The notes below the pieces were generated by a model that worked only from the letters and a program-made list of their open reading frames with translations, did no database searches and was not told the origin of the DNA. A stretch of 64,000 bases of DNA from Anaerolineae bacterium (lineage in GTDB: Bacteria; Chloroflexota; Anaerolineae; S140-20), in assembly GCA_027021705.1 (NCBI GenBank), contig JALUTT010000059.1, forward strand, positions 69,687-133,686, given 5' to 3'. The number at the start of each line of letters is the position of its first letter. Positions within the stretch are counted from its first letter, which is position 1. Shown in pieces: positions 32,401 to 39,000 of the stretch. Made by a program: the position numbers and the translations under genes.

Positions 32401-35186
32401 GTGCTCGCGGTGATCTCGTCGGCGTCGAAACGGCTGGCGATGGTCGTGTCGCCGTACCGGGGGAAAATGGCGACATCGCGGACGCCGTTGCGGTCCTGGT
32501 CGCGTCCGGTGATAAAGACGGCCTCCAGCCCGTTCGCCAGCAGCCACAAGTGGTCGTCGAGGTTGGGGTTGTCATCGCCGTCCGGGTCTTCGAAGGCGAT
32601 GGCGACATCCAGGCCGTGGTCTTCGCGCACGTCCAGGCCGGTGAGGACCCATTCGTCGGTGTAGGTGTGGACGGGCCGCTGTTGGTTCAACATCCAGTTG
32701 GCGATGTCGTCGCACCAGGTGGCGGCCTCCTCCTCACTTGTGCCCGGCGGTATGGGTTTGCAGGAGTCGGTGAGCATCATCACCAGCCAGACGACACGCA
32801 CCTGGTGGGCCACGCCCCAGGTATCCGAACGGGGCCGGTAGACCATGCGGGCAGAGAAGGCCTCGCGCCCCCCGCCGGTTTCGTCGGCGACGACGTTCAG
32901 AGGGACGTAGACGAGGAGGGTGCCGTTGTTGTCCTTTTTACGCACCGAGATGCCGTATGCGTCCGTCTTGGCCTTGTCGAGCCACTCGTCCACCTCGGCG
33001 TTTTTGTCTCGGGTGGCGGGGGCGCCCGGCTTGACGGGCAGGTTGCCATAGCCGCCGTCGTAGGGGATGGTGATTTCGAGCATGGGCACCAAGCGCATGT
33101 CGCCGTTGGCGTCGCTGGCGGGGGGCGTGTCGCCGTTGGCCAGGGCGACGTCGGCGAAGGTCGAATCGTTGTCCCGGTGACGCTGTATCTGGCCTTCCTG
33201 GTCGCCGCTGGGCCAGTCCAGTACGTTCATCGCGTAGGTGAGGTGGGCGGCCTGGACGGGGCGGAGTTGAATGTCCACTATGACGGGGTAGCCTGGCTGG
33301 AGGCCATCCACCTGAAGTTCAAAGGCGCGGCCGGCATCGAAGGGCCTGCCGGGGTCCCCTATCTTCCTGGCGGGCGAAAGGTCCACCTGGTCCGAAACCC
33401 CGTCGCCATCGTTGTCCCGGTCGAAGAGATCAGGCGTGCCGTCGCCGTCGCTGTCCTTATCGCAGGGGGTGGTGTAAGGAGGGGAGCCGGCGGGTGGGAA
33501 GGTGCTCCAACATTCGTAGGTATCCGCGATGCCGTCCCCGTTGCTGTCCGGGTTGTTGGGGTCCGAGTACCACCGCTGCCCGCTGCCGACGGGGTATTCG
33601 AACCCCTGGACCTCGGTGGCGTCCGAGATGGCGTCGCCGTCGGTGTCGGGGTTCTCCGGGTCGGTGCCCAGGATCGTCTCCTGGGCGTAGGTCAGGCCGT
33701 CGTGGTCGGCGTCGCTATCGGGGTCGGGGGCGGGCGGGTCATCCGAGAGGGAGGTGGAGGCGGGAGGGATGGCGAGGGGCAGGTCGGCGGGTTGCGGTGA
33801 GGGCAGGGCGGGCTGTGCCTCGAGCGGGTCGCGGTGCGGGTCCCAATCGGAGGTCAGGATCTCCTGGAGAGCTTCACCTTCCGCCCGCGCTTCCTCCTGG
33901 CGTTGTCCCTGCGCCTCCCGCTCGGCCGCCAGGCGCTGCGAGAAGGCATAGACCCGGTGGCTCTGGAGCAGCGGCCCGACGACCATCGAGAACAGGATCA
34001 CCAGGACAAAGGTGACATAGACCTGCCGGGAGCGGCGGTGGGCCAGGAGCAGCAGCAGCAGGCCGAGGAAGCCCCCCGCCATGCTGCCTTGCTGCACGGC
34101 TCGTTGCCGCTCCCGGGCGGAGCGCGGCAGGCCCAACGCGCCCGCCAGCCGGGTCAGGGGGCTGCGAGCTTCAAGGAGCGGCCCGAAGTTCCAGAAGTCG
34201 GTCTGGATGTCCGCCTCCACCCGCTCGCCGCTGCGCTGAGGCGGGTAGGCCAGGTGGACAACCAGGCGCAGGGGCAGGCCCCGGTCGTCGATCCACACCT
34301 CGCCCCGGCCGGTGGCCCGGCGAAACTGGTCCGAGACGGACAGGGTGAGCCCGGCGGGAAGTTCGCCGTTCTCCCGTAGGTAGTCCTCGAGTTGCCGACG
34401 CAGGTACTCGGCGAAGGCAGGACCGTCCAGGTCGAAACGGTAGCGGGTGAAGGTGATGCGCCGTTCGCTCCCGTCGGCGGGCGAGGGGAAGGTGCGGGTT
34501 TCGCGGCTCAGTTCGCGCACGTTGGTCGCCCCGGCCAGGTAGGCCATCAGGTCGCTGTCGGGGGCAAAGGCGCCTGTGAAGTCGTCTATCTCTTGCCAGG
34601 CCCCACCGATGGGGCGGCCGTAGGCGCGGTCGCCCTCAACGCGCACCTCGACGCCGTCGCGGAGGCCGACCAGGCTGCCGCCGCCTTTCCACAGGGTCAG
34701 GTACAGGGTGCGGTCGGGCACATTAGCCTGTCCTTCGATGTGCAGCGAATCCCGGCGGCTACTGCGGCCCACGTTGACCAGCGCCGGGGCGGGGTAAGTG
34801 GTCTGCACGATCTCGGTGGCAAAGTGGTATGTGCCGGCCTCTTGAGCGCGTCGCCAGGCGCTCTGCACCTCCTCAACAGGGGAGGGGGCGGGTATGGGAC
34901 GTGAGGTGATACTGAGAGGCAGGATCAGGGAGAGGGTGATACCGTGAAGTATAAACAGCGTCCTTTTCGAGGGGAACCCCGCGCGGCCCGCTGAACGTCT
35001 CCGGCCGGTCCCCCCCGGCCGGGCAGAGGTGGGGGGGCTCCTGAAACGATACGCCTCCGAGGATGGGCTCTGGGGGCAGGTCTTGAGGGATCTAATCCGT
35101 AGTAGGGGCCCCCGGCAGATGGTGCTCAGGACCGACACGGCCAGCAGAAGCGCAGCAGCCAACCTGCAGATGACCCACCCGAGCAT
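17376..35186 (-). CDS. Giant (5936 aa) membrane-anchored surface protein: LppX/LolA-like domain, Ca-binding DxDGDG repeats, hydrophobic core, 7 LamG-like domains, PA14, LVIVD repeats, Ig-like domains, P-domain, CARDB-like C-terminus
   Basis: Single uninterrupted ORF with SD GGAGG upstream. Motifs: WHHLVGVR/IDEVAVFDHALS (LamG), DDFSVRWSG..TDDGMRVWLD (PA14), YAYVADG..GL (LVIVD), HAHRDDLRVTLESPSGT..GTWTLRICD (P-domain), IYMPMV. Confidence 0.9.
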   Translation of the reverse strand: MLGWVICRLAAALLLAVSVLSTICRGPLLRIRSLKTCPQSPSSEAYRFRSPPTSARPGGTGRRRSAGRAGFPSKRTLFILHGITLSLILPLSITSRPIPAPSPVEEVQSAWRRAQEAGTYHFATEIVQTTYPAPALVNVGRSSRRDSLHIEGQANVPDRTLYLTLWKGGGSLVGLRDGVEVRVEGDRAYGRPIGGAWQEIDDFTGAFAPDSDLMAYLAGATNVRELSRETRTFPSPADGSERRITFTRYRFDLDGPAFAEYLRRQLEDYLRENGELPAGLTLSVSDQFRRATGRGEVWIDDRGLPLRLVVHLAYPPQRSGERVEADIQTDFWNFGPLLEARSPLTRLAGALGLPRSARERQRAVQQGSMAGGFLGLLLLLLAHRRSRQVYVTFVLVILFSMVVGPLLQSHRVYAFSQRLAAEREAQGQRQEEARAEGEALQEILTSDWDPHRDPLEAQPALPSPQPADLPLAIPPASTSLSDDPPAPDPDSDADHDGLTYAQETILGTDPENPDTDGDAISDATEVQGFEYPVGSGQRWYSDPNNPDSNGDGIADTYECWSTFPPAGSPPYTTPCDKDSDGDGTPDLFDRDNDGDGVSDQVDLSPARKIGDPGRPFDAGRAFELQVDGLQPGYPVIVDIQLRPVQAAHLTYAMNVLDWPSGDQEGQIQRHRDNDSTFADVALANGDTPPASDANGDMRLVPMLEITIPYDGGYGNLPVKPGAPATRDKNAEVDEWLDKAKTDAYGISVRKKDNNGTLLVYVPLNVVADETGGGREAFSARMVYRPRSDTWGVAHQVRVVWLVMMLTDSCKPIPPGTSEEEAATWCDDIANWMLNQQRPVHTYTDEWVLTGLDVREDHGLDVAIAFEDPDGDDNPNLDDHLWLLANGLEAVFITGRDQDRNGVRDVAIFPRYGDTTIASRFDADEITASTTITDRWGIPVTATMQVENFSYPDRDHIATVMMTETVNVLNTYFMDAGQPRADAPTLLFAREERYRGVNLDDASLATLHGARLAVNADPAGAPEMTMAFLSWAPFRYRNGQWESYPINEYWDLLQVRLQDVFPVSDPADMQSVYVAAGQTALARSFYLSMFLGVTRMVRIGEQHVWDLEASESDLSLAREASRLARHIGGRRGGIGIVVSFLAEDYMLYLEDTLDELMTLGFRRLAADLKTPMGRVIALYSYLGEALQMTRHALRWSTIKATLGNITSKLSRMSKARIGGLAAGAILTVGVTVALAAQGETAGQALGVVMSVVSVGMAIKDVIDHGRVFLLNVSRLAVGLKAINTVSESSKKAGIIGLIVSAVAAVGAFIAMWAASGVTIGSLAFNAMLAGTIATIVVAVIMFAISLIPVVGQIIAAVIALIDGVIAALCAAFGWEEGKVGQWFCKGISGLMSEFVKWSIYSSNIMVDMEADDRLDIQNFQQNVLDPAKGISVGNALAVQATVTTTIGLSKIPADWKAAIYAWQYNQLMLRSSTFEYTYQTVEQDIHDSLSLGQITDWTPTDGKKVFIVRQVATDGSGVRLDEPGINRAVRLYLAEGYAIPTQECWALTGFPICYVRWEKATNHIDLGQNLKYDVFPATLDGFYAPVPKDGGYSLAWGQDTTVTNTLGLPLVFPRQKDFDGDGLLNPADSGSDPNDSMWDYDGDGLSDRFELQEGSDPSLYDTDGDGLSDAEEFRLKTDPRRPDTDGDGLTDGEELDGWEIVYGFAADGSALTTWVTSDPLDADADGDTLSDFLERAYGFNPRAYSSPNVLSLTSQVLEAAAPRLLLRFEEPAGATAFADSSGYGNAGTCSGESCPTAGVAGRYGYAVQFNGSGPQPVEAHTSISGPGPFSVAAWVKTDHRGGLYILDQFPPDRSSGYSMEMQSDGRIRWYTRGPGGYGFQVTSSRAINDGNWHHLVGVREANGTGRLYIDGVLDNSAWAVAQDLAAGVVEVGLYFVGTIDEVAVFDHALSQAEVQRLRDGLHNPNDLIVRPGDQLDYQATVENQLLGRYAQGLLSTDFPGLLSDDVPLTTFILEPQGQTTMAGNVQVSDGAPSARMDLTQVAGALITDRREQSNFAELWLRLDEPVTATTFLDYSGALPPRNGTCSGDRCPARQQPGAFGYALYFDGSDDVVTLPDAETLGLYDSSFTVSAWVKGDDFSDSRTVMGTDRQRTNEGLFLGVRDGHPRINFYGNWLQSDITLATGGWYHLAFRYDKATGEMAIFVNGELTAVETGHDAFLGKSTVHLGRAYGGNRFDGYIDDVRVFKRPLSPQEIRTLYIQPVFEMRFEEPPGATSFVDASGFGSSVSCSRPDCPGRATGVNGQAALFDGHDYISVAPNDALSLNDGLFTLALWVYPASGNTYPQGIMGRYFSYENTDSPNGGDVNAYLSLLRIGRQLRFGFGTGSEWIQRTSSEVLTLDAWNHVVLTFGPTFDADGNFDGNVATLYINGQQGGSWNLGDAVPAPSPSTQGFFIGRTTNRAYIDIDSIKVTNENDGAGKAELCMAWNGNEIFNQRQIDDDHGNGQRYDVNVYRTIFNSGTLRIWEDDRDHTGRGERCGSAPDDGDDPLDGGGWTFGTDETSYVHDIPFSGDTEGTVRVEYQNPSIPLRGRIDQLSLYKRALTADEVLELYQAGATGLHLPLDDAPGTSSFDNVAGMGNGLCAWNSTNGGTCPTAGVSGRLNQAVLFDGVNDNIQVNVDVSEQTYGVSLWFQTRCPNCGIFSAFSGALGSGNYNHDRNIYLRNGDLCAQVWRQERICSSGQNYADGEWHHLVHTFGGSVGGQRLYVDGALVASGSKSSSDFDRQTGVNIGYAKDAGHDYFEGRIDDVRVFHRPLAAPDVQVLFHAAPRFQMHLDESTPTCAFQTEYYANTTLSGEPALTGCDTWPINHEWGTGSPASPIGPDDFSVRWSGDFYFDAGTYTFIARTDDGMRVWLDDSLIINGWRDQTATEYRATRTLSQGVHPIKVEYYDRTGDAVAQFWWEPFFMDASGHDNHGACGDSAACPAVGARGRVGLAPQFDGLDDIITVPDDSALDVTTFSVGAWVMPTQLKNEQQVILAKENSTGGERNYSLMLLPNSTRVRFSFQAGDCTTWRAYDSVGELLLNRWNHVMMTYDGQQVNLYINGTLDRSVPLAGTVCQSDTPLNIGRQWDAFTPFVGRIDEVTLYDYALSPRQVREIFLYQGKWAEDRQSHPVTVDADDPTPVLRSVRTDAPDYRAEQDVVMHIEALDPTSDVMQVGLGFRREGQSAFTWVSAPRCMDAPNGAAWCPTFTPSGEGRYTLRASAVDRVGHRQRSPQDYTLYVDGTPPVVTLDAANGSRIDAAPHPTIGQAWLVRLSGTVSDPPLPGGYAGSGLAAGSLRVTLLTPDGTPAGQGTQAATVTGDTWSVEYVFADGAPEGSYTVHAEAADRVGNQTSINLATVYVDAAAPAAHLDLAGIPTATLTGTVTLQGDVTDRPVPLVVSWTTDAAGDESGIEIRCLGRTLYWVEQGAFASQTTYTWDGRVHQGAACQVGLSDSGGDGGVTGTVQVCGTTVATWDGNYGAGTTVPFIATASTCPDVSVAGVSRVEAAFESTLPGSPFYNETPPAGELLHLPFEDDRDRRGNVTFQDVSGQGNDGWCYGALCPTVGATGHDGGAARFDGLDDQVWIRNSAINRLTNDFTVMAWINPDRVTGVQRILGTERWHSVDGFGFFLNGAGLRFATFGVQEYDTTNVQLRPGVWYHVAAVMGADNSVTFYVDGQARQTIAGSAPANPDTDDGLLIGRDLWGNEPFAGRIDEVRVFDRALSADEIKTLYLGAGPLLRLPFETAWAADGTRLDDVSGWEHHGTLHTGADDPTRQAVPGPAGAYALPFDGTDDYVGVAPDAGLDLSRGRFTQMAWVYPTPADDGAHPILGSGAYSEAPYAYPFLRVVNRTALQVGFGDGSNLDTFTTGSILTENTWNHVAVTFDGTTYRIYVNGVERAATDQFAGRTPYPAQRFDIGRDAVANSSCAVLSLREFIPHPRWTFGYVVKFDGRWVYSAPRWPTPDESIPLDKAILFCGSANLEVWKHLGLGIVRLGTFALDTTLGSGSHTFADASTSATLRWDVTADPSTLAYWQGRLDDVRIYPRALSEIEINALYQSRWRETTVAPAGGELASWTDAPPAGLEGSYRLDLRGWDAAGHADNSVESRGAWRGEVDTLAPRLTMTRTIVGPYCRYTTVAQDFSLDADRFETPCGVGVATEHRYFQSPWYAALSGGTSDTARPLYQLTAVCDLFPATLEEVGALGSARVAHAVAVSGTHAYVAAGESGLYVVDVSKPDQPALVGRYDTAGKVLGVDVVGNYVYLADDTDGLVIVDVSDPTHPTLVGGAETPDAQGVAVAGDYAYVADKGNGLEVFDISNPASPVLLGIEPGIAPAYDVAVSGNYAYVAGGSAGLWVLDVSNPSSPTEVASYDTSGNAVGVALSGTHAYVADGQAGLRVIDVSNPSSPTEVGSYDTPGYAGDVALQGGSVYLADGLSGLPIINVSDPTNPQFTDGLYTPGYARGVAVSGDYAYVAAWDYGLRVLSLVGAGGGGTAACDPAGGEQATACDTAGNCTTVTLASAQQTLHTTALVQAQSQPSLTVSILSVPPVLGSLDPVTVTGQAESVTSSLRALTVTVDSTTLYTDAWASGTVTGTYWSTNWTPAGEGQHRLQARVTDWDGNVATDTLTVTVDAQRPSIVITPTLLTTTHYHAPDILDLTGLVTDTVSRPQVRVVVTGTRHFEGSVGSAGGPWVVPWYLGTGPLPDGETYTVTAQATDIAGHTAQVTEVITVDVVPPAPVTLTLTSGGSPLAPGDTLRVLSPTLTLTWTASSDGSGLTDYLAEWTAQTTGTVTTTITAHDPLTRSAQYQAGDGQKVTVQVTCRDVYGQQTAQSIGPVYVDGPTTPDYVVLDDPDGLYDGWMESGCTRVGVDRRVSLNATSRAALSAEQTFYVTWNDEALRLAWTGANWSTDGDLFVYLDVRPGGTITAFNPYSATMTNTVIYLPGATPLSPTIGMAADYLVWVRDSDTALLLNWDGSDWAFGSALSPSQYRFDPALRDGQTDLYLPFDLLGIADPASTPLDLVALASEEDGLRLWAVMPNGNSVDSSRVVETPSEEEHEFALSHRYHWDGLGAGVCPNGSDGRTTPYRDADLRVRLSVEPPGAVYHFLGDGLFDLWNLPPGDRPTDARSSLDRLNADVPLLGDGQVITYTLRYRNAGTDPATGVWVDLSAYDALRLTPGDDHRVVNLGDIGPGEEGTLVFQGVVDTGLSSVRWASVEAQVYDDAHPSSGPPLERMWADHRVDGDGPVFLGLREPAYRIPAGENTLYGYAYDDSGVPRVTVEVQGSGAFACPDGTPQDGQWSCAWDTSSAPDGQVLNLRLRAADGWGQESGWTGWQPFLVDARPPTVTFDVTATGIISGSLLRGGIFALEGDVLDDGGVAGVEVCIDTACEPAVLLTDAPSPSVIVQEDVPSAPIAIDGTTTCSGGEIERTFTVTESFPIGQVSVGFVAAHAHRDDLRVTLESPSGTSVRLLDDDGVSGTNFQNYDLFLDDVELVGLGGLHGDQDPAAPYYEQRARPYEPLQSFRGEDAAGTWTLRICDLNPSTDDGAYTRSRLVLTPRYSAATSGRWSYQVTNDEPLDYVTETISLYGTDAVGNRTADPTTMNVIIDNVAPVITVTQVVSTSVYTATVRVLAGVVSDGGPVSHLRVDVQTPTGEFYSEPPVRSGEAWRYDLHPLTAGTYLLWVTAADRAGNVTTTGPFEVEVIPPPTIYMPMVAMNHVPAPNLVVKRIVATPDNVQVVIQNVGDRPVTDEFWVDVYIAPEAEPTGVNQTWSRLGEQGIVWGVTADALPALTPGGVLTLTVGDAYYWADLSHVAWLLADETQVWAQVDSANTATDYGAVLESHEVIGGEYDNIRGPVDSVLRAAGAASATAGGSAARPAEGHLPPRPQDEPGERERWPRPRFIPAPR

Positions 35187-35451
35187 TCTCGTCCTCCCTG
35201 CAGGTGTGGGGGCACCAGCCTACCACCCACTGACTTGATAGGGAACCTCTGGGGTCCTAGGAGCTGGCCTAGGGAGGGCGGCGGGTGTCCGCTTGCTGTG
35301 CCCTACGGGGTGACTCTGCAGGGGCCTGCGCCTCCTGATCTGATGTGAGCCTACAATAAGGGAGTGCGGACCTTTTTGCCCGTACCTCGTTCCGAGTCCG
35401 CCGTGGCCTCAAGGCCCCCATCTTCGGGTTGAAAACGTCTTTTCTCCTAAC

Positions 35452-35479
35452 ATTATAGTCGAAACAGCAACTTGGGCAA
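35452..35479 (-). promoter_or_regulatory. Putative sigma70 promoter of the giant gene
   Basis: TTGCCC-16 bp-TATAAT on the minus strand, giving a ~260-nt leader. Confidence 0.55.
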
Positions 35480-35513
35480 CTCCGGTGATTTCCGGTGATA
35501 ACCCATAAGTCGC

Positions 35514-35623
35514 CGCCGGGCGCTGAACCGCCCGGCTGAGAGGGGGAGAGCTCCCCTCCGGGGGCCGCGAGACAGCCCGTTAGGGCTTTGCTCCCCTCAG
35601 CCCGGACCTTTCAGGTCCAGGCG
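35514..35623. repeat. Multi-hairpin palindromic (REP/REPIN-like) intergenic element
   Basis: GCCGGGCG-ctgaac-CGCCCGGC, an outer arm GCTGAGAGGGGGA...CTCCCCTCAGC, and GGACCT-ttc-AGGTCC. Confidence 0.5.
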
Positions 35624-36007
35624 GGCCGGGCGGATCCCCGAGATGCGGGCAATCACCGGCGGTGATTGCTCGCGTGTTCACAGGGGCCTATCTGGGGCAT
35701 TCCCGGAGCCCTTATATCTGGCCGTTGAGGGGGCATCGAGGCCGACAGATTACCCACCGGACACTTTGGGGATACTTTTCGCCGCCTCGCCGGACTGGAA
35801 CGTCTGGGTTCAGCGAGCAAAGCCCCTCGGGCTGACCCGTCGCCTCGCCGACCCGCCGCTGTCCTCCTGGGTTTTCGTTCGCGGCGAGTCCGCGACTCGC
35901 CTGCATCGGCAGGGGAAATGGAGAAAGTCAGGTGCGACGCACCTTCCAGGGCGCGTCGCACCTGCTCCCATCGGGTGTGTGCCCATCGGGGGCAAGGGGT
36001 CTGGGGG

Positions 36008-39000
36008 CTACGGACGGACGACCAGCGGCAGGAAGACCCGGTGCTGGTCGGCGACCAGGGCGATGGACGGCGAGGTGAAGACGACGCTGCCCGAGGCCAC
36101 AGAGAAGTGGTGAGGACCGGCCGTCCTGAAGGTCAGGCTGAAGCTCTTGCGCCCATCCGACCAGCCGCTCCCGTCGTCCGTCGGCAGCGTCGCCTGGGGG
36201 TCCGTCGCCGTGAAGGTCACAGGACCGCTGAAGTCGGTCTTCCGGTTGCCGAAGATGTCGTAGGCCGTCACCGTCACCGAGAGGGGAACGCCCACGGTCC
36301 AGGTGACCGGCCAGGTGGCCTCCAGACGACCCAGGGCGGCCGGCCCCACGTGGATGGTCCCGCTGGTGGCGGTGATGGTCCCATCGGTGACGGAGAGGTG
36401 GCGCTCCCCCGCCGTGCGCAGGACGAAGCCGCTGCCGTCGAAGGCGTGTCGTCCGGCGTCGGCCGGCGTGAAAGTGTAGGGCAGGCCGACCGTGTAGGGG
36501 AGCGTCGCCTGGGGGTCGTCGGCGGCGAAGTAGACGGTGCCTGTGAAGTCGTCCTTCACGTTGCCCCAGGCGTCCCGCACCGTGACGGTGATCACGCCGC
36601 TCCAGGACTGGCCGGCCGTCACCTGGGTCGGGTAGCCGCTCAGTTCGAAGGTCACGGCGCTCCCCGGACGGAAGGTGACCGTCGTCGTCCCCTGGGCATT
36701 GCCGGCCGTGGCGGTGATGGTGGCGGTCTGGGCGGTGGTGCCGGCGGTGAGGACCGCCGTCGCCTGGCCGTTGGTCGTTGTCGTCGTGTAGGGACTGCCG
36801 GGGAGCGAGCCGGCGCTGGTGGTGAAGGTCACCACCGTCCCGTCGGCCACGGCGTTGCCGTGCTGGTCGGTGACGGTCGCCGTGAGGGTTGCGGTGGAGG
36901 TGCCGTCGGCGGTGATGGCGGCGGGCGATGCCGTTAGCGTGAGGGTGACGGGCGGCCCCGGCGCGAAGGTGACCGTCGTCGTCCCCTGGGCGCTGCCGGC
37001 GGTGGCGGTGATGGTGGCGGTCTGAGCGGTGGTGCTGGCGGTGAGGACCGCCGTCGCCTGGCCGCTGCTCGTTGTCGTCGTGTAGGGGCTGCCGGGGAGC
37101 GAGCCAGCGCTGGCCGTGAAGGTGACCACCGTTCCATCGGGCACCGGGTTGCCGTGCCGATCCGTCACCGTCGCCGTCAGCGTCGTCGTCGAGGTGCCGT
37201 CGGCCACGATGCTGGTGGGCGATGCGGAGAGGGTGAGGGTGGCAGGCACGCCGGAGGCGAAGGTGACGTTGGTCGTCCCCTGGGCGCTGCCGGCGGTGGC
37301 GGTGATGGTGGCGGTCTGGGCGGTGGTGCTGGCGGTGAGGACCGCCGTCGCCCGGCCGCTGCTCGTCGTCGTCGTGTAGGGGCTGCCGGGGAGCGAGCCG
37401 GCGCTGGTGGTGAAGGTGACCACCGTCCCGTCGGCCACGGCGTTGCCGTGCTGGTCGGTGACGGTCGCGGTCAGGACGGTGGTGGCCTCGCCGTCGGCTT
37501 CGATGGTGTCCGGCACGGCGACCAGCGTCACCGTGTAGGGAGCGCCGGGCCGGAAGGTGACCGTCGTCGTGTCCTGGACGCTGCCGGCGGTGGCGGTGAT
37601 GGTGGCGGTCTGAGCGGTGGTGCCGGCGGTGAGGACCGCCGTCGCCCGGCCGCTGCTCGTTGTCGTCGTGTAGGGGCTGCCGAGGAGCGAGCCGGCGCTG
37701 GTGGTGAAGGTCACCACCGTGCCGTCGGCCACGGCGTTGTTGTGGGCGTCCACCACCGTCGCCGTCAGCGTCGAGGTGCTGACACCGTCGGCCTCGATGG
37801 AGGTGGGGTTCGCCGTCAGCGTGAGGGTGACGGGCGGCCCCGGCGCAAAGGTGACGTTGGTCGTCCCCTGGGCGCTGCCGGCGGTGGCGGTGATGGTGGC
37901 GGTCTGGGCGGTGGTGCTGGCGGTGAGGACCGCCGTTGCCTGGCCGCTGGTGGTCGTCGTCGTGTAGGGGCTGCCGAGGAGCGAGCCGGCGCTGGTGGTG
38001 AAGGTCACCACTGTCCCGTCGGCCACAGGCCGGCCCCCGCTATCGGTCACCGTGGCGGTGATGGTGGAGGTGGAGGTGCCGTCGGCGATGATGGTGTCGG
38101 GCACCGCCGTCAGCGTGAGGCTGGCCGGTGGGCCGGCGAAGGTGACGGTGACCGTCCCCTGGGCGCTGCCCGCCGTCGCCGTCACCACCGAGGTGCCGGG
38201 GGCGAGGCTGGAGGTCAACACCGCCGTCGCCTGGCCGCTGCTCGTCGTCGTCGTGTAAGGCGCGATGCTCCCCAGGCTGGCCGTGAAGGTGACGACGGTC
38301 CCATCGGCCACCGGCCCGCCCTGGCTGTCGGTCACCGTGGCGGTGATGGTGGAGGTGGCCGCGCCGCCGGCCGCGATGCTCTGGGGGGAGGCCGTCAGGG
38401 TGACGGTAGCCGGGCTCCTGGCGAAGGTGACCGTCGTCGTGTCCTGGGCGCTGCCGGCGGTGGCGGTGATGGTGGCGGTCTGAGCGGTGGTGCTGGCGGT
38501 GAGGACCGCCGTCGCCTGGCCGCTGCTCGTTGTCGTCGTGTAGGGGCTGCCGGGGAGCGAGCCGGCGCTGGTGGTGAAGGTGACCACCGTGCCGTCGGCC
38601 ACGGCGTTGCCGTGGGCGTCCACCACCGTCGCCGTCAGCGTCGAGGTGCTGACGCCGTCGGCCTCGATGGAGGTGGGGTTCGCCGTCAGCGTGAGGGTGA
38701 CGGGCGGCCCCGGCGCAAAGGTGACGTTGGTCGTCCCCTGGGCGCTGCCTGCCGTCGCCGTCACCACCGAGGTGCCGGTGGTGGTCGTGGCGGTGAGGAT
38801 CGCCGTCGCCTCCCCGTTGGTCGTCGTCGTCGTGTAGGGCGCGATGCTCCCCAGGCCGGCCGTGAAGGTGACGACGGTCCCATCGGCCACCCGGTTGTTG
38901 TAGGCGTCGGTCACCGTGGCGGTGATGGTGGAGGTGGAGGTCCCGTCGGCGGTGATGGTGTCGGGCACCGCCGTCAGGGCCACGGTGTCCGGGCTGCCCG

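Noticed and set aside
35187..35445. Possible c-di-GMP riboswitch in the giant-gene leader (GGGCAAA)
   Set aside because: The rest of the consensus (GNRA-capped stem, GACGCAAAGC) is not visible.
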